NCBI GenBank assembly: GCA_048499955.1
Contig: JASNYX010000002.1
Location: forward strand, 4,513 to 68,512
DNA: 64,000 bases
Source of the DNA: Patescibacteria group bacterium
GTDB taxonomy: Bacteria > Patescibacteriota > WWE3 > 2-01-FULL-39-13
Direction of reading: 5' to 3'
Part shown: one piece after another, positions 28,271-38,528 of the stretch
Layout of the letters: the number at the start of each line of letters is the position of its first letter
How positions within the stretch are numbered: the stretch's first letter is position 1
The notes under the pieces: generated by a model
The model's input: only the letters and a program-made list of their open reading frames with translations
What the model was told of the DNA's origin: nothing
The model's database searches: none
Translations under genes and position numbers: made by a program

Positions 28271-28807
28271 ATGGAAAGTGAAGCGGGATTTAAAAAAAAT
28301 TTCATACTCAAGAAGTATGATCGGTGTATGCCTTATAAGAACAAACAGAAAAAGCTCTTACCTAATGCTATTTATCATGTTTATAATCGCGGGGTCGAAA
28401 GAAAATGCATCTATGAAAACTCCAGTGACTATAAATTTTTCATCAATCTCATTGAAAATCTTTTAATAAAGCATAGTAAAGATATTAAACTCCTAGCATT
28501 TTGTTTAATGCCCAACCACTTTCACTTGCTAGTTAAGCAAAAAGATAAATACGGCATGATGAAATTTATGAGAGATTTAAGCTGTAGGTATACCTATTAC
28601 TTTAATCGGAAATATGCCAGATTTGGCCCTTTATTCCAAGGCACATACCGAGCATCCATTATCAAGGATCAGCGACAATATGCAGTCACCAGAAATTACA
28701 TACATCAAAATCCGGTAGATATTTGCAGTGATGTGAAGAAATACCCGTACTCAAGCTATAAACATTATCAGGGAAAAGTTCATTTGGAATTCATCAAAAC
28801 GGTCTGA
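28271..28807 (+). CDS. IS200/IS605-family Y1 (HuH) transposase-like protein (TnpA / RAYT-like), single copy
   Basis: HuH motif MPNHFHLLV and catalytic Tyr region RNYIHQNPV are present, with the N-terminal YHVYNRGVE core. The probable start is MESEAG at 28271. Its 3' end overlaps the glyS 3' end convergently by 28 nt. Confidence 0.75.
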   Translation: MESEAGFKKNFILKKYDRCMPYKNKQKKLLPNAIYHVYNRGVERKCIYENSSDYKFFINLIENLLIKHSKDIKLLAFCLMPNHFHLLVKQKDKYGMMKFMRDLSCRYTYYFNRKYARFGPLFQGTYRASIIKDQRQYAVTRNYIHQNPVDICSDVKKYPYSSYKHYQGKVHLEFIKTV

Positions 28808-30144
28808 CCCGGGGTGCGGATCTGCTCCATGGTATCCCGATCCCGAACAGTAACCGTACCATCCTCTAAAGTCTGATAGTCAATAGTAATACATTTTGGA
28901 GTACCTATTTCATCCTGTGAATAATACCTCTGGCCTATATTTCCACGATCGTCCCAGATAACTCGTAGGCCTCTCGTTATTAGAGAGTTGTAAACTTCTC
29001 TGGCTTTTGCAACAAGTTCAGGTTTGTTCTTAACCAATGGGAAAACTGCCGCCTGATATGGTGTCACAGATTCCGGCAAGCGTAAAACCACACGATCTTT
29101 TTCTTCATAATAAGCATTATCAAGCAACATCAGTAAATTTCGATTTAGCCCCCAGGTACTTTCCATTACATGCGGTACATAAACTTCGCCTGTAAAGGGA
29201 TCTCTATACTCAAGCTTCTGACCTGAATGCTTTGCGTGAGTCGAAAGGTCATAGTCAGTTCGATAGTGGAGCCCGCTTACTTCATCGAATCCCCAATCAA
29301 ATTCGTACTGAATATCAGAGGCGGCCTTAGCGTAAAAGATTAGCTTCGCGTGGGGCTTCCAACGGATTTTTTCTGAATCAATACCTAAAACATTGATATA
29401 CCAATCTTCTAAATGCTTGGCCCATTCGTCCCAATACTTTTTCCACTCTGACTCACTTGCAGGAGGCTTAATGAAATATTGGATTTCCATTTGTTCAAAT
29501 TCAATAGTTCTGAAAATAAACCTCCCTTTTGTTACTTCATTTCGGAAAACCTTTCCATGTTGAGCTATTCCAAAGGGAACCTGAACTCTAGTTGAATCCA
29601 ATACATTTTTAAATAATACGTACATTCCTTGTGCAGTTTCAGCTCGTAAAAATAAGTCCGAACGACTGGTTTCGGTTGAACCGAGCTCAGTTTGAAACAT
29701 TAAGTTAAATTTACGAACTTCACCAAGTTGATTCCCATCGGGCGATTTAACTTTATTGTCTATAAGATACTTTTGAATGTCTTCGATACTCATTAAATCA
29801 GTGTCCAGTTCGACTCCGGATTTTTTTGCATGATCTTCAACAAGATGATCGGCTCTCCACCGTCGATTGTTAACAGTATCTTCTACCATGAGGTCACTGA
29901 ATCCCTTTGCGTGTCCGCTCGCCTCCCAAACTGTGGGATGCATGAAAATTTGGCTTTCAATTCCTACGACATCGGATCGACTTCTAACAAATTTGTTCCA
30001 CCATAGATCTCTAAGCAGTTTTAGCATTTCCACACCTAATGGCCCATAATCATAGACATTCGCCAATCCACCATAAATTTCAGATGAAGGATAAATAAAA
30101 CCGCGCCTTTTACAGAGGGAAACAATTTTTTCGAATTTTGACAT
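28780..30144 (-). CDS. glyQS: Glycyl-tRNA synthetase, dimeric class II (GlyQS type)
   Basis: N-terminus MSKFEKIVSLCKRRGFIYPSSEIYGGLANVYDYGPLGVEM and class II motifs. It is 454 aa. Confidence 0.92.
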   Translation of the reverse strand: MSKFEKIVSLCKRRGFIYPSSEIYGGLANVYDYGPLGVEMLKLLRDLWWNKFVRSRSDVVGIESQIFMHPTVWEASGHAKGFSDLMVEDTVNNRRWRADHLVEDHAKKSGVELDTDLMSIEDIQKYLIDNKVKSPDGNQLGEVRKFNLMFQTELGSTETSRSDLFLRAETAQGMYVLFKNVLDSTRVQVPFGIAQHGKVFRNEVTKGRFIFRTIEFEQMEIQYFIKPPASESEWKKYWDEWAKHLEDWYINVLGIDSEKIRWKPHAKLIFYAKAASDIQYEFDWGFDEVSGLHYRTDYDLSTHAKHSGQKLEYRDPFTGEVYVPHVMESTWGLNRNLLMLLDNAYYEEKDRVVLRLPESVTPYQAAVFPLVKNKPELVAKAREVYNSLITRGLRVIWDDRGNIGQRYYSQDEIGTPKCITIDYQTLEDGTVTVRDRDTMEQIRTPGQTVLMNSK

Positions 30145-30190
30145 GATGAAATTATACCTAAAACCTATAATTTAGGGTATTTTAAAAGGA

Positions 30191-30826
30191 ATGAGGTCGG
30201 GAAGCGTAAAAACTAATGCAATTGTAATAAAAAGATTAAACTACAGGGATTCTGATAAGTTGGTAACCCTATACACCGAAGAATTAGGCAAAATCGTTGC
30301 GATTGCCAAAGGCATGAGAAAGATGAATTCAAAAGCACGCAGCCATCTTGAATTACTTAACTTATCAAGAGTTGAGCTAATTGAATCACACGGAAGATAT
30401 ATCATTACTCATGCGAAAACTATTTCCACATATGCAAACATAAAATCATCATATGAAAAAATTAGCGAATCCTACTATATTCTGGAATTACTCGATAAGC
30501 TTTCACCGGAAGATGAGCAAAATCCCGTCCTATACAACTTTTTAGTCAAAACAATAGAGACCCTAAACGAAATAGATTCGCCTCATCTATTGAATGCGTA
30601 TAATGTGAAAATTATAAAGATACTAGGATATTATGCCGAGTCAAATTTAAGAACCGTAGATCCTAAATTAGTGAATTACACTAGGAATCTGGTAAAGGTT
30701 AGGTATTCTGATTTAGGAAGCTTATATTGCGATGAAGATACACGCAAGCAAACTCTTCTACTGCTTAAAAATTACACCGAAGAAATACTCGAGCGAGAAG
30801 TAAAATCACACAAGAATCTCATGTGA
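30191..30826 (+). CDS. recO: DNA repair protein RecO
   Basis: N-terminal OB-fold motif (NAIVIKRLNYRDSDKLVTLYTEELGKIVAIAKGMRK). It is 211 aa. Confidence 0.8.
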   Translation: MRSGSVKTNAIVIKRLNYRDSDKLVTLYTEELGKIVAIAKGMRKMNSKARSHLELLNLSRVELIESHGRYIITHAKTISTYANIKSSYEKISESYYILELLDKLSPEDEQNPVLYNFLVKTIETLNEIDSPHLLNAYNVKIIKILGYYAESNLRTVDPKLVNYTRNLVKVRYSDLGSLYCDEDTRKQTLLLLKNYTEEILEREVKSHKNLM

Positions 30827-30871
30827 ATACAAGATTTTCTTTGTGCAGATTTTTATACATCCCGACGGTTA

Positions 30872-32926
30872 CTATTCGAGGGTAACTTCTCTGTCGGAGT
30901 TTAAGATAAAATCTGTTCCAATTCCATCAAGACTTACTCGATATGGATCATTTGTTACACCGGACTGTTTCTGAACCAAGATCTGGTAATTATCAAGATC
31001 AATGGTATCAGGTAACTCATACACATATGTAATAACCAGATCGGTCTCTTTCTGTTGTCTTGTAAAACTTTCGATATATGTTTTATCCACAGCCTGGTCG
31101 TCAAAAGAAGCTCCTCGCGGATCTTGGCCGTCAGAAGCAGTAACAGAGAGCATCTTCGATCCTAAGGGCACATAGACCCTCATGTAGGCGTTATAAAAGC
31201 AGCATGGGTCGATATTGTACCAATCGGGTCTTTTAGGATTTTTAATTGTTACACTAACTGTGCTAATTTTCTTTCCATCTTGTACTTCAATTTTCTTGTC
31301 GACTTCTTGAGTTACAAATCCGGGGAGAGTCCAATCAGCTTTTCCTGCACCATAGTTACTTCTGCTAACGTGCAAGTAATCCTGAGTGTTGGGAATCTTG
31401 CGGATTTTTCCTGAATAGCCTAGATTATCAAATGCTAACGCAACATTTGCATCAAAAGCATAAATCATGATGTCTTTGTTACTGAGTGAGTCTAATATGA
31501 CCCTAATTACAGCCAATAAATTTGTGGCTTCAGAGGTGTACATCTTAGTCAAAATACTCTGACCCAGATACTTAATAATCTCCTTACGTCCGATTGTTTG
31601 AGCCAATTTACCTCCGGCGATAACTTCAAGCTCTTTAATAACATTATCAGCACTAAATTCTGTAACAGGAATAGTTACGAATGTGCCATCATCTCTTCTT
31701 ATGGAATATTTTTGCGTATTAACCGGACCGACAGCCTTAAGGATATCAACTGCTAAATCGTTGTTGATCTGCATAACCCCATCGATATCTTGAGGAAGAG
31801 AACGATCTTTTCTCCAGAACTGTGTTAATAAATCATTAACAGCTAGTGGAAAATCAACATTATTACTCGTAGCATCTCTGGCATACCATCTAAAAGTATT
31901 CCCCGACAAATATAAATAATTTCTCAAGTGATAAGGCACGTTTCTATTAACCAATAGCGAGTTACCGGTTCGATCTCCTTCATCTATAAAGTAAGTATCT
32001 ATCGAATAAAAAATCTCAGGTATACCTTCTTTAAATTCGACACCAACTATATAGGTGTTAAAACCGCCGGACATACGCATCTCATAGTTATTTGCCATCA
32101 ATATTAAATATCTCTTTGGAGTGTTTAAACCCATAAATTCAGGAACAGCATTAAAGAATGCTTCCATCTGAGGAGCTTTATTCGCAACCTCTTTGGATAT
32201 CGATTGTATTTCCAAAACATACTTTCTGGCATTTGTGTCAGTATCAATTCCTAAATACGAAAAATACCATGGAAGACTTGTCGGATAATCCGAAGGATCA
32301 ATTTCAGTAAGCTCTTGATCAATCTTCTTCATTCGTTCTGATATCTCAGTGACTTTCGGAGAAAATTGCGGCATAAGACGCATAAGCTTTATTACACGAT
32401 CCTGTGCAGGCAGTTGTGATGCTTCTGACTCCGCTGTTTTAAATCCTAAATCCACTGCGTGAGGCTCAAGTATTTCAATTACTAGATTTCCTAAACTGAC
32501 ACTTTCCTCTGCAACCTTAATTAAATGCTGGCTATCATTGTAGTAAATTTCAGCTTTGGGGAGCTTTCTTAAATTTGAAGCATTCGCCTCGTAAGCAATC
32601 TTGAAGTCACTCAAACCGGTCTCAATATCAGATAAACCTCTCTTCATTTGTTCCAGATCTAAATTTTCCAAACCTTGTCTAACTGTATATGTAGAATCCT
32701 TTAGCTTTTTACCTTGCTGCATAATTGCCAGTGCCGGTCGTACAAAGAAGAAGTAGCTAATACTCAAGAATAAAACACTCAAAGCTAGAAATGACCCCAA
32801 AACAATAAAGAGAACTTTTTTGTTTACCTTGATTTTAGGGAAACTGAAAGATGCTTTTGTTTTTAACGGTTTGAAATTATTTGACGACTGACCGGGTTTA
32901 TTTTTTCCAAATGCAAATCTATCCAT
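30872..32926 (-). CDS. Large membrane-anchored extracytoplasmic protein (possibly DUF4012-like)
   Basis: 684 aa, with N-terminal cytoplasmic basic segment and one TM helix. The rest is predicted extracytoplasmic. It lies directly downstream of the priming sugar transferase gene. The family assignment is a tentative recollection. Confidence 0.5.
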   Translation of the reverse strand: MDRFAFGKNKPGQSSNNFKPLKTKASFSFPKIKVNKKVLFIVLGSFLALSVLFLSISYFFFVRPALAIMQQGKKLKDSTYTVRQGLENLDLEQMKRGLSDIETGLSDFKIAYEANASNLRKLPKAEIYYNDSQHLIKVAEESVSLGNLVIEILEPHAVDLGFKTAESEASQLPAQDRVIKLMRLMPQFSPKVTEISERMKKIDQELTEIDPSDYPTSLPWYFSYLGIDTDTNARKYVLEIQSISKEVANKAPQMEAFFNAVPEFMGLNTPKRYLILMANNYEMRMSGGFNTYIVGVEFKEGIPEIFYSIDTYFIDEGDRTGNSLLVNRNVPYHLRNYLYLSGNTFRWYARDATSNNVDFPLAVNDLLTQFWRKDRSLPQDIDGVMQINNDLAVDILKAVGPVNTQKYSIRRDDGTFVTIPVTEFSADNVIKELEVIAGGKLAQTIGRKEIIKYLGQSILTKMYTSEATNLLAVIRVILDSLSNKDIMIYAFDANVALAFDNLGYSGKIRKIPNTQDYLHVSRSNYGAGKADWTLPGFVTQEVDKKIEVQDGKKISTVSVTIKNPKRPDWYNIDPCCFYNAYMRVYVPLGSKMLSVTASDGQDPRGASFDDQAVDKTYIESFTRQQKETDLVITYVYELPDTIDLDNYQILVQKQSGVTNDPYRVSLDGIGTDFILNSDREVTLE

Positions 32927-33157
32927 AATTTTATATTTTCCGGCAAGTCGAAACTAATTTGCGAAAAAAGCCGGAGATACGAATGGCCAAACAGCCAAAA
33001 CGCTTCAACTATTCTACTAATAATAACTATTTTATCAACCGGTCAGAAATGGCCAATGAAATACACTTCAATGGTAATTGCCAAAAGCCTAAAGCGATAA
33101 AGCAGATATTTATAACTAAACTGCTCCCTTAATTATTTATAAATAAACATTCTTCTG

Positions 33158-33871
33158 TCAATATCCCTCTGCACCTTTTGCTTTTATAATTGCTAAAGGT
33201 GTCATTAATAATATCCATATATCAAATAAGATAGACTTTCGTCTGGCATATTCAACTTCCATGTCGATTCGTTTATCAAAATCTATTTCAGATCTACCAC
33301 TTACCTGCCAGTAACCGGTAATGCCCGGCTTTACGGTATAAATAATATTCAGCTTTTCTTTGTTTTCAGATGACTTTGTAATATACATCTCAAGCTCATC
33401 CGGCCTTAATGGTCTGGGGCCAATAACACTCATATCACCTCTTAATACATTGAACATCTGAGGGGTTTCATCGATTGAATATTTTCTAATAAAACGTCCA
33501 ATTTTTGTAACACGTGGATCATTTTTTATTTTGTTGTTTCCGCTTCTGATTTGTTTATATAACTCAGCATCCGTGAACAATATCTGATCAGCATTATGTA
33601 CCATAGATCTAAACTTATAAAACTCAAATGGGTGCATGCCTTTCCCAATACGCTTGTGAGAATAAATCGGTGAATGACGGTCTTCCAACCAAATCAGAAA
33701 AGAAGTAGCTATATATAGCGGCGAAAAAAGAATAAAAAACGCACAGGCAATCGCGATATCCATCATTCGCTTAACAAAGTAGTAAAATTGATTGTTTTCC
33801 GCTTTTGTTTCCATACTAATTAAGCATTCTCTTTGTAGATTTCTAAAGTTTCTTCTGCCATACGTCGCCAA
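33158..33871 (-). CDS. Polyprenyl-phosphate sugar-phosphate transferase (WbaP/WcaJ-type priming enzyme, PF02397)
   Basis: Conserved C-terminal catalytic domain motifs are present (VIGPRPLRPDE, KPGITGYWQVSGRSEIDFDKRIDMEVEY). There is an N-terminal TM. Confidence 0.88.
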   Translation of the reverse strand: MATYGRRNFRNLQRECLISMETKAENNQFYYFVKRMMDIAIACAFFILFSPLYIATSFLIWLEDRHSPIYSHKRIGKGMHPFEFYKFRSMVHNADQILFTDAELYKQIRSGNNKIKNDPRVTKIGRFIRKYSIDETPQMFNVLRGDMSVIGPRPLRPDELEMYITKSSENKEKLNIIYTVKPGITGYWQVSGRSEIDFDKRIDMEVEYARRKSILFDIWILLMTPLAIIKAKGAEGY

Positions 33872-34962
33872 GAATATCTTTTAACATTTTCGTATCCTTT
33901 TTCAGTCAGCTCTCTCCTTAATTCAAAATCCCGATGGATCTGAATCATTTTATCTGACAAATCTATGTTGCTCTTAGGGTTAAAATAATGAACACTTTGT
34001 CCGAAAACTTCTCGGTGAACAGGGATATCCGATACTAAACATGGCACACCAAATGATTGAGCTTCAAGTGGCGTAATACTAAATCCTTCCTGGAGTGAAG
34101 GGAATACATACGCCCATGCTCCTTTATACAAATATGCTAAATCTTTTTCCGAAACGTATCTTCCTTCACTAAATTTAGTTGCATAAATAAGGTTGCGATC
34201 TAAACCAAGTGCGTGTGAAAAACCGGCAACCCGCTCTGCATGGATATCTTTGCCTCCTGCTATTACCAATTGCGTATTTGATATGTCCGATTCTTTCATA
34301 AGCTCTTTATATGCGATTACAAGCATATTAAGATTCTTATGAGGAAATGCATTACCAACGTACAAGAAATATTTATTGATCACCCTCATTTCTTCTAATC
34401 GTGTTCTTAGAACCCCCATATCAGTAGGTGCGAGCTTAAGTAATCCATGATCAACACCTTCGTAAATAACCTTTGTCTTTGAACCTAACCCGGCCGAATA
34501 AGTTTTTTCAATATCATCAGAAACAGCATTACTTGGAACAATAATCTTTCGTGCTCTATGCATCGCAGTTTTTATAACAAACTCGTATCCATACTGCTTT
34601 ATCATAGAAGTTCCACCCTGGTGCTCCTGATACTTCCCCATTGTCAAATCGTGAACAGTAACCACAAATTTTTTGGGATATAAAACCGGTACATTAAAGT
34701 GGGGAACATGAAGTAAATCCAAACGTGCCTGATAAAACTCTTTTAACATATCAACCTGTTCACTAAACGTATACCAAGCTGAATCTACTATCCATTTTTT
34801 AAAATTCGGAACAGTAGGCCTATATTTATCATGATCGCGTTTACCGATAAAAATTATGTATTCATTAGTTGAGTCAATATTTTCCAACTCACGAATAAGA
34901 TTCCTAATATATCTTCCTATGCCGGAAGACGCGTATAGTCTGGCATCAATTCCTATTTTCAT
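33820..34962 (-). CDS. Glycosyltransferase family 4 (GT-B)
   Basis: C-terminal GT1/GT4 signature is present (…FPSLQEGFSITPLEAQSFGVPCLVSDIPVHREV…). Confidence 0.85.
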   Translation of the reverse strand: MKIGIDARLYASSGIGRYIRNLIRELENIDSTNEYIIFIGKRDHDKYRPTVPNFKKWIVDSAWYTFSEQVDMLKEFYQARLDLLHVPHFNVPVLYPKKFVVTVHDLTMGKYQEHQGGTSMIKQYGYEFVIKTAMHRARKIIVPSNAVSDDIEKTYSAGLGSKTKVIYEGVDHGLLKLAPTDMGVLRTRLEEMRVINKYFLYVGNAFPHKNLNMLVIAYKELMKESDISNTQLVIAGGKDIHAERVAGFSHALGLDRNLIYATKFSEGRYVSEKDLAYLYKGAWAYVFPSLQEGFSITPLEAQSFGVPCLVSDIPVHREVFGQSVHYFNPKSNIDLSDKMIQIHRDFELRRELTEKGYENVKRYSWRRMAEETLEIYKENA

Positions 34963-35075
34963 ATTGTCTGTAATTATAGCTTATCTTAGATTTAAGGATA
35001 TGAAATGCCCAAAAACCCCCTAAGATCTAACCTTAAGAATAAGCGAAAACTGATCATATCAATAAGCATGGTGCT

Positions 35076-35996
35076 CTATTCCCTCCCTGTTAAACGCCTT
35101 TTAAGCTTAAGTCCGGAAATCCCCCAATAAATAAACTGAGTTATAAACTTTGGATAAACCGGTTCATAGTATTTACGATAAAAGATCTTCATAGAGTTGA
35201 TACCGGCATCAATCTGCTTCTTCTTAGTTGTCCCTGATGCTTTGGAAATAGATGAGGACACTTTTTTTGTTCCTTTAGATGCACCCTTGTAGTGAATAAC
35301 TCTTGATTCAGGGTTATAGATAATCTTTCCTGAATTTAATACTTTTAATTGATAACACAGGTCTATATCTTCGCCATTAAGGAAATAATCTTCAGACCAC
35401 CAATTTATTTTTTTACCGGCATCTCTTCTAATAAGCATATATGCACCTATACATGCATCAATTTCATGAATAGTTCTTAAATCAAGGTGTAATAAATGAT
35501 ACCCACCTAATAATTTAGGGAAAATAGCACCGAAATATTTTTCTAGGCCAAGAAAATAGCAGAAACTTCTCCATGGCGTAGGAAACCCCCTGTGACAATC
35601 CCAATCAATTCCTCCCGACCATAAGTCAACTTTGCAAGTAGTTAAAGCAACATCCGAATGCAACTCCATGTATTCGTATGGAATAGTAATTGAGTTTTTC
35701 TCAAGAATAATGTCGGGGTTGAGAAACAGTACATATTTAGAGCTGGAATCTGACTCTTTAACACCAAGGTTGTTACCTTTCGCAAATCCGTTGTTCTCGT
35801 TTTTAACTAATCTGAACCACGGATCAACCGTCAACATATTCTCAAGGTCGCTACGAATACCATCCGTCGAATCGTTATCCACGACAATTACTTCCCAATT
35901 GAAATTCGCAGACGACAAACAAGTGCGAAGACTATCCAGCATTTTTAGCGTAACTTCTCGGGCATTATAGGTTAAAACTATTATAGATATGTCCAT
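35076..35996 (-). CDS. Glycosyltransferase family 2
   Basis: N-terminal ISIIVLTYNAREVT…VVDNDSTDG (the DxD-containing GT-A fold motif). Confidence 0.85.
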   Translation of the reverse strand: MDISIIVLTYNAREVTLKMLDSLRTCLSSANFNWEVIVVDNDSTDGIRSDLENMLTVDPWFRLVKNENNGFAKGNNLGVKESDSSSKYVLFLNPDIILEKNSITIPYEYMELHSDVALTTCKVDLWSGGIDWDCHRGFPTPWRSFCYFLGLEKYFGAIFPKLLGGYHLLHLDLRTIHEIDACIGAYMLIRRDAGKKINWWSEDYFLNGEDIDLCYQLKVLNSGKIIYNPESRVIHYKGASKGTKKVSSSISKASGTTKKKQIDAGINSMKIFYRKYYEPVYPKFITQFIYWGISGLKLKRRLTGRE

Positions 35997-36263
35997 TTAT
36001 GCGAGTATAACAAACCACAACGCTTCTAGAAGCTATCTGAAAACCTCGAAAATCCTCATAATTACAACGGATCTAAAAAGCTTTCCAAAGGGAGCTTGAG
36101 GAGCGGAAAGATATCGAAAGGACAACGACATCCGCCGAAATCGTTTCGAACTTTGGAACGGTTTTAGATGAGTTCTAAGCTCCCTTATGCAAAGATCCTC
36201 AAAATGATAGACTTTTCAAGAACATCACTTTGATTTATCTTTCAGGTAGAATCTCTTCAATTT

Positions 36264-37544
36264 ATGCAAGCATTACTTAAAAAAATCTGGATAGGAAACA
36301 GCTTCATTCTTAGCAAATCCTTTCTCGTCGTATTCGTATCACTAATGGCAAATGCTTTTGCCTATTTGTTTCAGCTACTGACAGGTAGATATTTTAGCTT
36401 GGAAGAATACGGCCAACTGAACGCCCTTTTTTCTCTCAGCGGGATCATACCACTAGCAGTTGGAATATTCATAAGTGCAACTCCTAAGGTCGTTGCCGAA
36501 ATAAAAGATCACGATTATCCCAACAGAATTTCTGCACTTTTTTTTACGTTACTCTACTTCGAAACCGGAATCTCGCTGGTCATAATAGGCGTGATGTTGC
36601 TTTTCTCGGGCTTCATTGGTGATTATCTAAACATTTCAAACATAGATCTAATCAGAATTTTTTCAGTAGCAGTTGCCGCGGGGATCTTTACAACATTTCT
36701 AAACCCGTTCTTACAAGGACTATTAAGGTTTAAAGCCTACTCCTTCTCACTATTTCTAACGGCAGCATTAAAATTGGCCGTAGCTGTCGTGGTTATATAC
36801 CTCCAATTGGATGTAGCAAGCATTTTTATAGGGCTAACTGTTACAACGCTAATCATGGGACTAATCGTAGTCTTAGCCTTAAGGAAAAATATCGTTAATA
36901 AGTTCGGAGAATTTGCAAAAGCTGATTTTAGAAAATTAATATACTATTCACTTGCAAGCTCACTAGGTCTAATCGGTCTGAACATGCTACAAAATATAGA
37001 TTTAATAGAAGTAAAACATTTTTTTGATGAAGCGACTGCCGGGATATACGCATCAACCTCGGTTATCGGAAAAATTGTTTTTTACGCAGCTTCACCTGTG
37101 GGAATAGTAATGTTACCTATCTGCTCTGAAAAATATATTAAAGGTGAAAATTTTATCAAGCCATTTGCAAGTGCACTGGCGATTGCTTTGTTTGTAAGCG
37201 GATGTATAACTGTAGGGTATATGCTCTTCCCTGAAGCAGTTATTAACATTCTCTTCGGATCAAGATACTTATCCGCGAGGGATCTTCTTCCACAGTATGC
37301 TTTTTTTACACTCACCTACACTATTTTATATATAGTAACCTTATTTTTAATCTCAATTTCTAAATTCAAAGCAAGCTCGCTCCCAATGATTTCTGTTCTC
37401 GTTCAGTATTTCGGAATTAAATTATTTGCGGACTCTCCTAGTACCGTGATTTATATATCCACAATATCCATTCTGATTGTTGTAATACCAATGTTATTTA
37501 TAGTTTATAACCTGTATAAGGCACACGGCGAAAATGAAAATTAA
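36264..37544 (+). CDS. Oligosaccharide flippase (Wzx-like, MOP superfamily)
   Basis: 426 aa with 12-14 TM helices and the typical N-terminal polysaccharide-biosynthesis-protein region. Its stop overlaps the following GT2 start. Confidence 0.75.
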   Translation: MQALLKKIWIGNSFILSKSFLVVFVSLMANAFAYLFQLLTGRYFSLEEYGQLNALFSLSGIIPLAVGIFISATPKVVAEIKDHDYPNRISALFFTLLYFETGISLVIIGVMLLFSGFIGDYLNISNIDLIRIFSVAVAAGIFTTFLNPFLQGLLRFKAYSFSLFLTAALKLAVAVVVIYLQLDVASIFIGLTVTTLIMGLIVVLALRKNIVNKFGEFAKADFRKLIYYSLASSLGLIGLNMLQNIDLIEVKHFFDEATAGIYASTSVIGKIVFYAASPVGIVMLPICSEKYIKGENFIKPFASALAIALFVSGCITVGYMLFPEAVINILFGSRYLSARDLLPQYAFFTLTYTILYIVTLFLISISKFKASSLPMISVLVQYFGIKLFADSPSTVIYISTISILIVVIPMLFIVYNLYKAHGENEN

Positions 37545-38304
37545 TTTACTTTCAGTAATCGTGCCAGTATATAAAAAAGAAAAAACAATAATCACGGAGA
37601 TAGAAAAAATTCACGATACCTTACAAACCACCCATTACCCATTTGAATTAATAATCGTCGTAGACGGAACTTCACTAGATAAATCTTACGAAAAAGCCAA
37701 AGAAGTAAAACTAAAAGGGGTCAAAGTTTACGGATACAAGACAAACAAAGGCAAAGGGCAAGCCGTGAGATACGGAATGTCAAAATCAATTGGCGACATA
37801 ATAATGTTCATAGATTCAGGAGGGGATATCGACCCGCAAGGTATAGTAATGCTTCTCGAACACTTAAGATGGTATAACGCCGACATAATAGTCGGTAGCA
37901 AAATGCATCCGGTCAGCAAAATCAATTACCCTTTAAAGCGAAAAATTTTCAGCCTTTTATATTTCTACATGATAAAGATGATGTTTGGATTAAAAATCCA
38001 TGATACCCAAACCGGACTGAAGGCATATAAGCGAAAAGTTTTAGATAAGGTATTAGAAAGATTAGTAGTCAAAAGATTTGCCTTCGACATCGAAATCTTG
38101 GCAGTTGCCAACAAGCTGGGCTTCAAAAAGATTTATGAAGCTCCCGTGGTTGTGAATTGGGATCCGAATGAAACTTCGATTGTGGGTTTATTTTCAAGCA
38201 ACGGAATTTTGGAATTTTATCGCAGATACTCTAGCTGTCTGGTATCGGATGAAAATTCTGAACTACTACAAAGGCAAGCGACACCGGGTGAAAATATTCG
38301 ATAA
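37534..38304 (+). CDS. Glycosyltransferase family 2 (dolichol/polyprenol-phosphate sugar synthase-like)
   Basis: LSVIVPVYKKEKTI…IVVDGTSLDKSY…FIDSGGDIDPQ, which is the DPM1/GtrB-like arrangement. It is 256 aa. Confidence 0.85.
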   Translation: MKINLLSVIVPVYKKEKTIITEIEKIHDTLQTTHYPFELIIVVDGTSLDKSYEKAKEVKLKGVKVYGYKTNKGKGQAVRYGMSKSIGDIIMFIDSGGDIDPQGIVMLLEHLRWYNADIIVGSKMHPVSKINYPLKRKIFSLLYFYMIKMMFGLKIHDTQTGLKAYKRKVLDKVLERLVVKRFAFDIEILAVANKLGFKKIYEAPVVVNWDPNETSIVGLFSSNGILEFYRRYSSCLVSDENSELLQRQATPGENIR

Positions 38305-38528
38305 GGAACTAGGACTATATGTAAACACAGGCGATATGACCGGCAAAAGCCAAGTCATAATAGAATTTGTCGATAGATGGTGGAAACGCATATTTCGAAC
38401 CGGCCACAAGTAAGCATAATCCAGCTCATGTATACCATCACTTCCCCACAAAACCTCCTATAGCGTATACTTGAAAGACACGCTTGACTGGCGTGATAGT
38501 ATTTATAGTATAAAACCTGCTCAAAAAT

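Noticed and set aside
32927-33157. About 50-aa plus-strand ORF (MAKQPKRFNYSTNNNYFINRSEMANEIHF…) in the intergenic region upstream of the 684-aa protein gene
   Set aside because: Below a length where composition alone is convincing and with no recognisable motif. It is more likely a 5' UTR or promoter region for the minus-strand gene.
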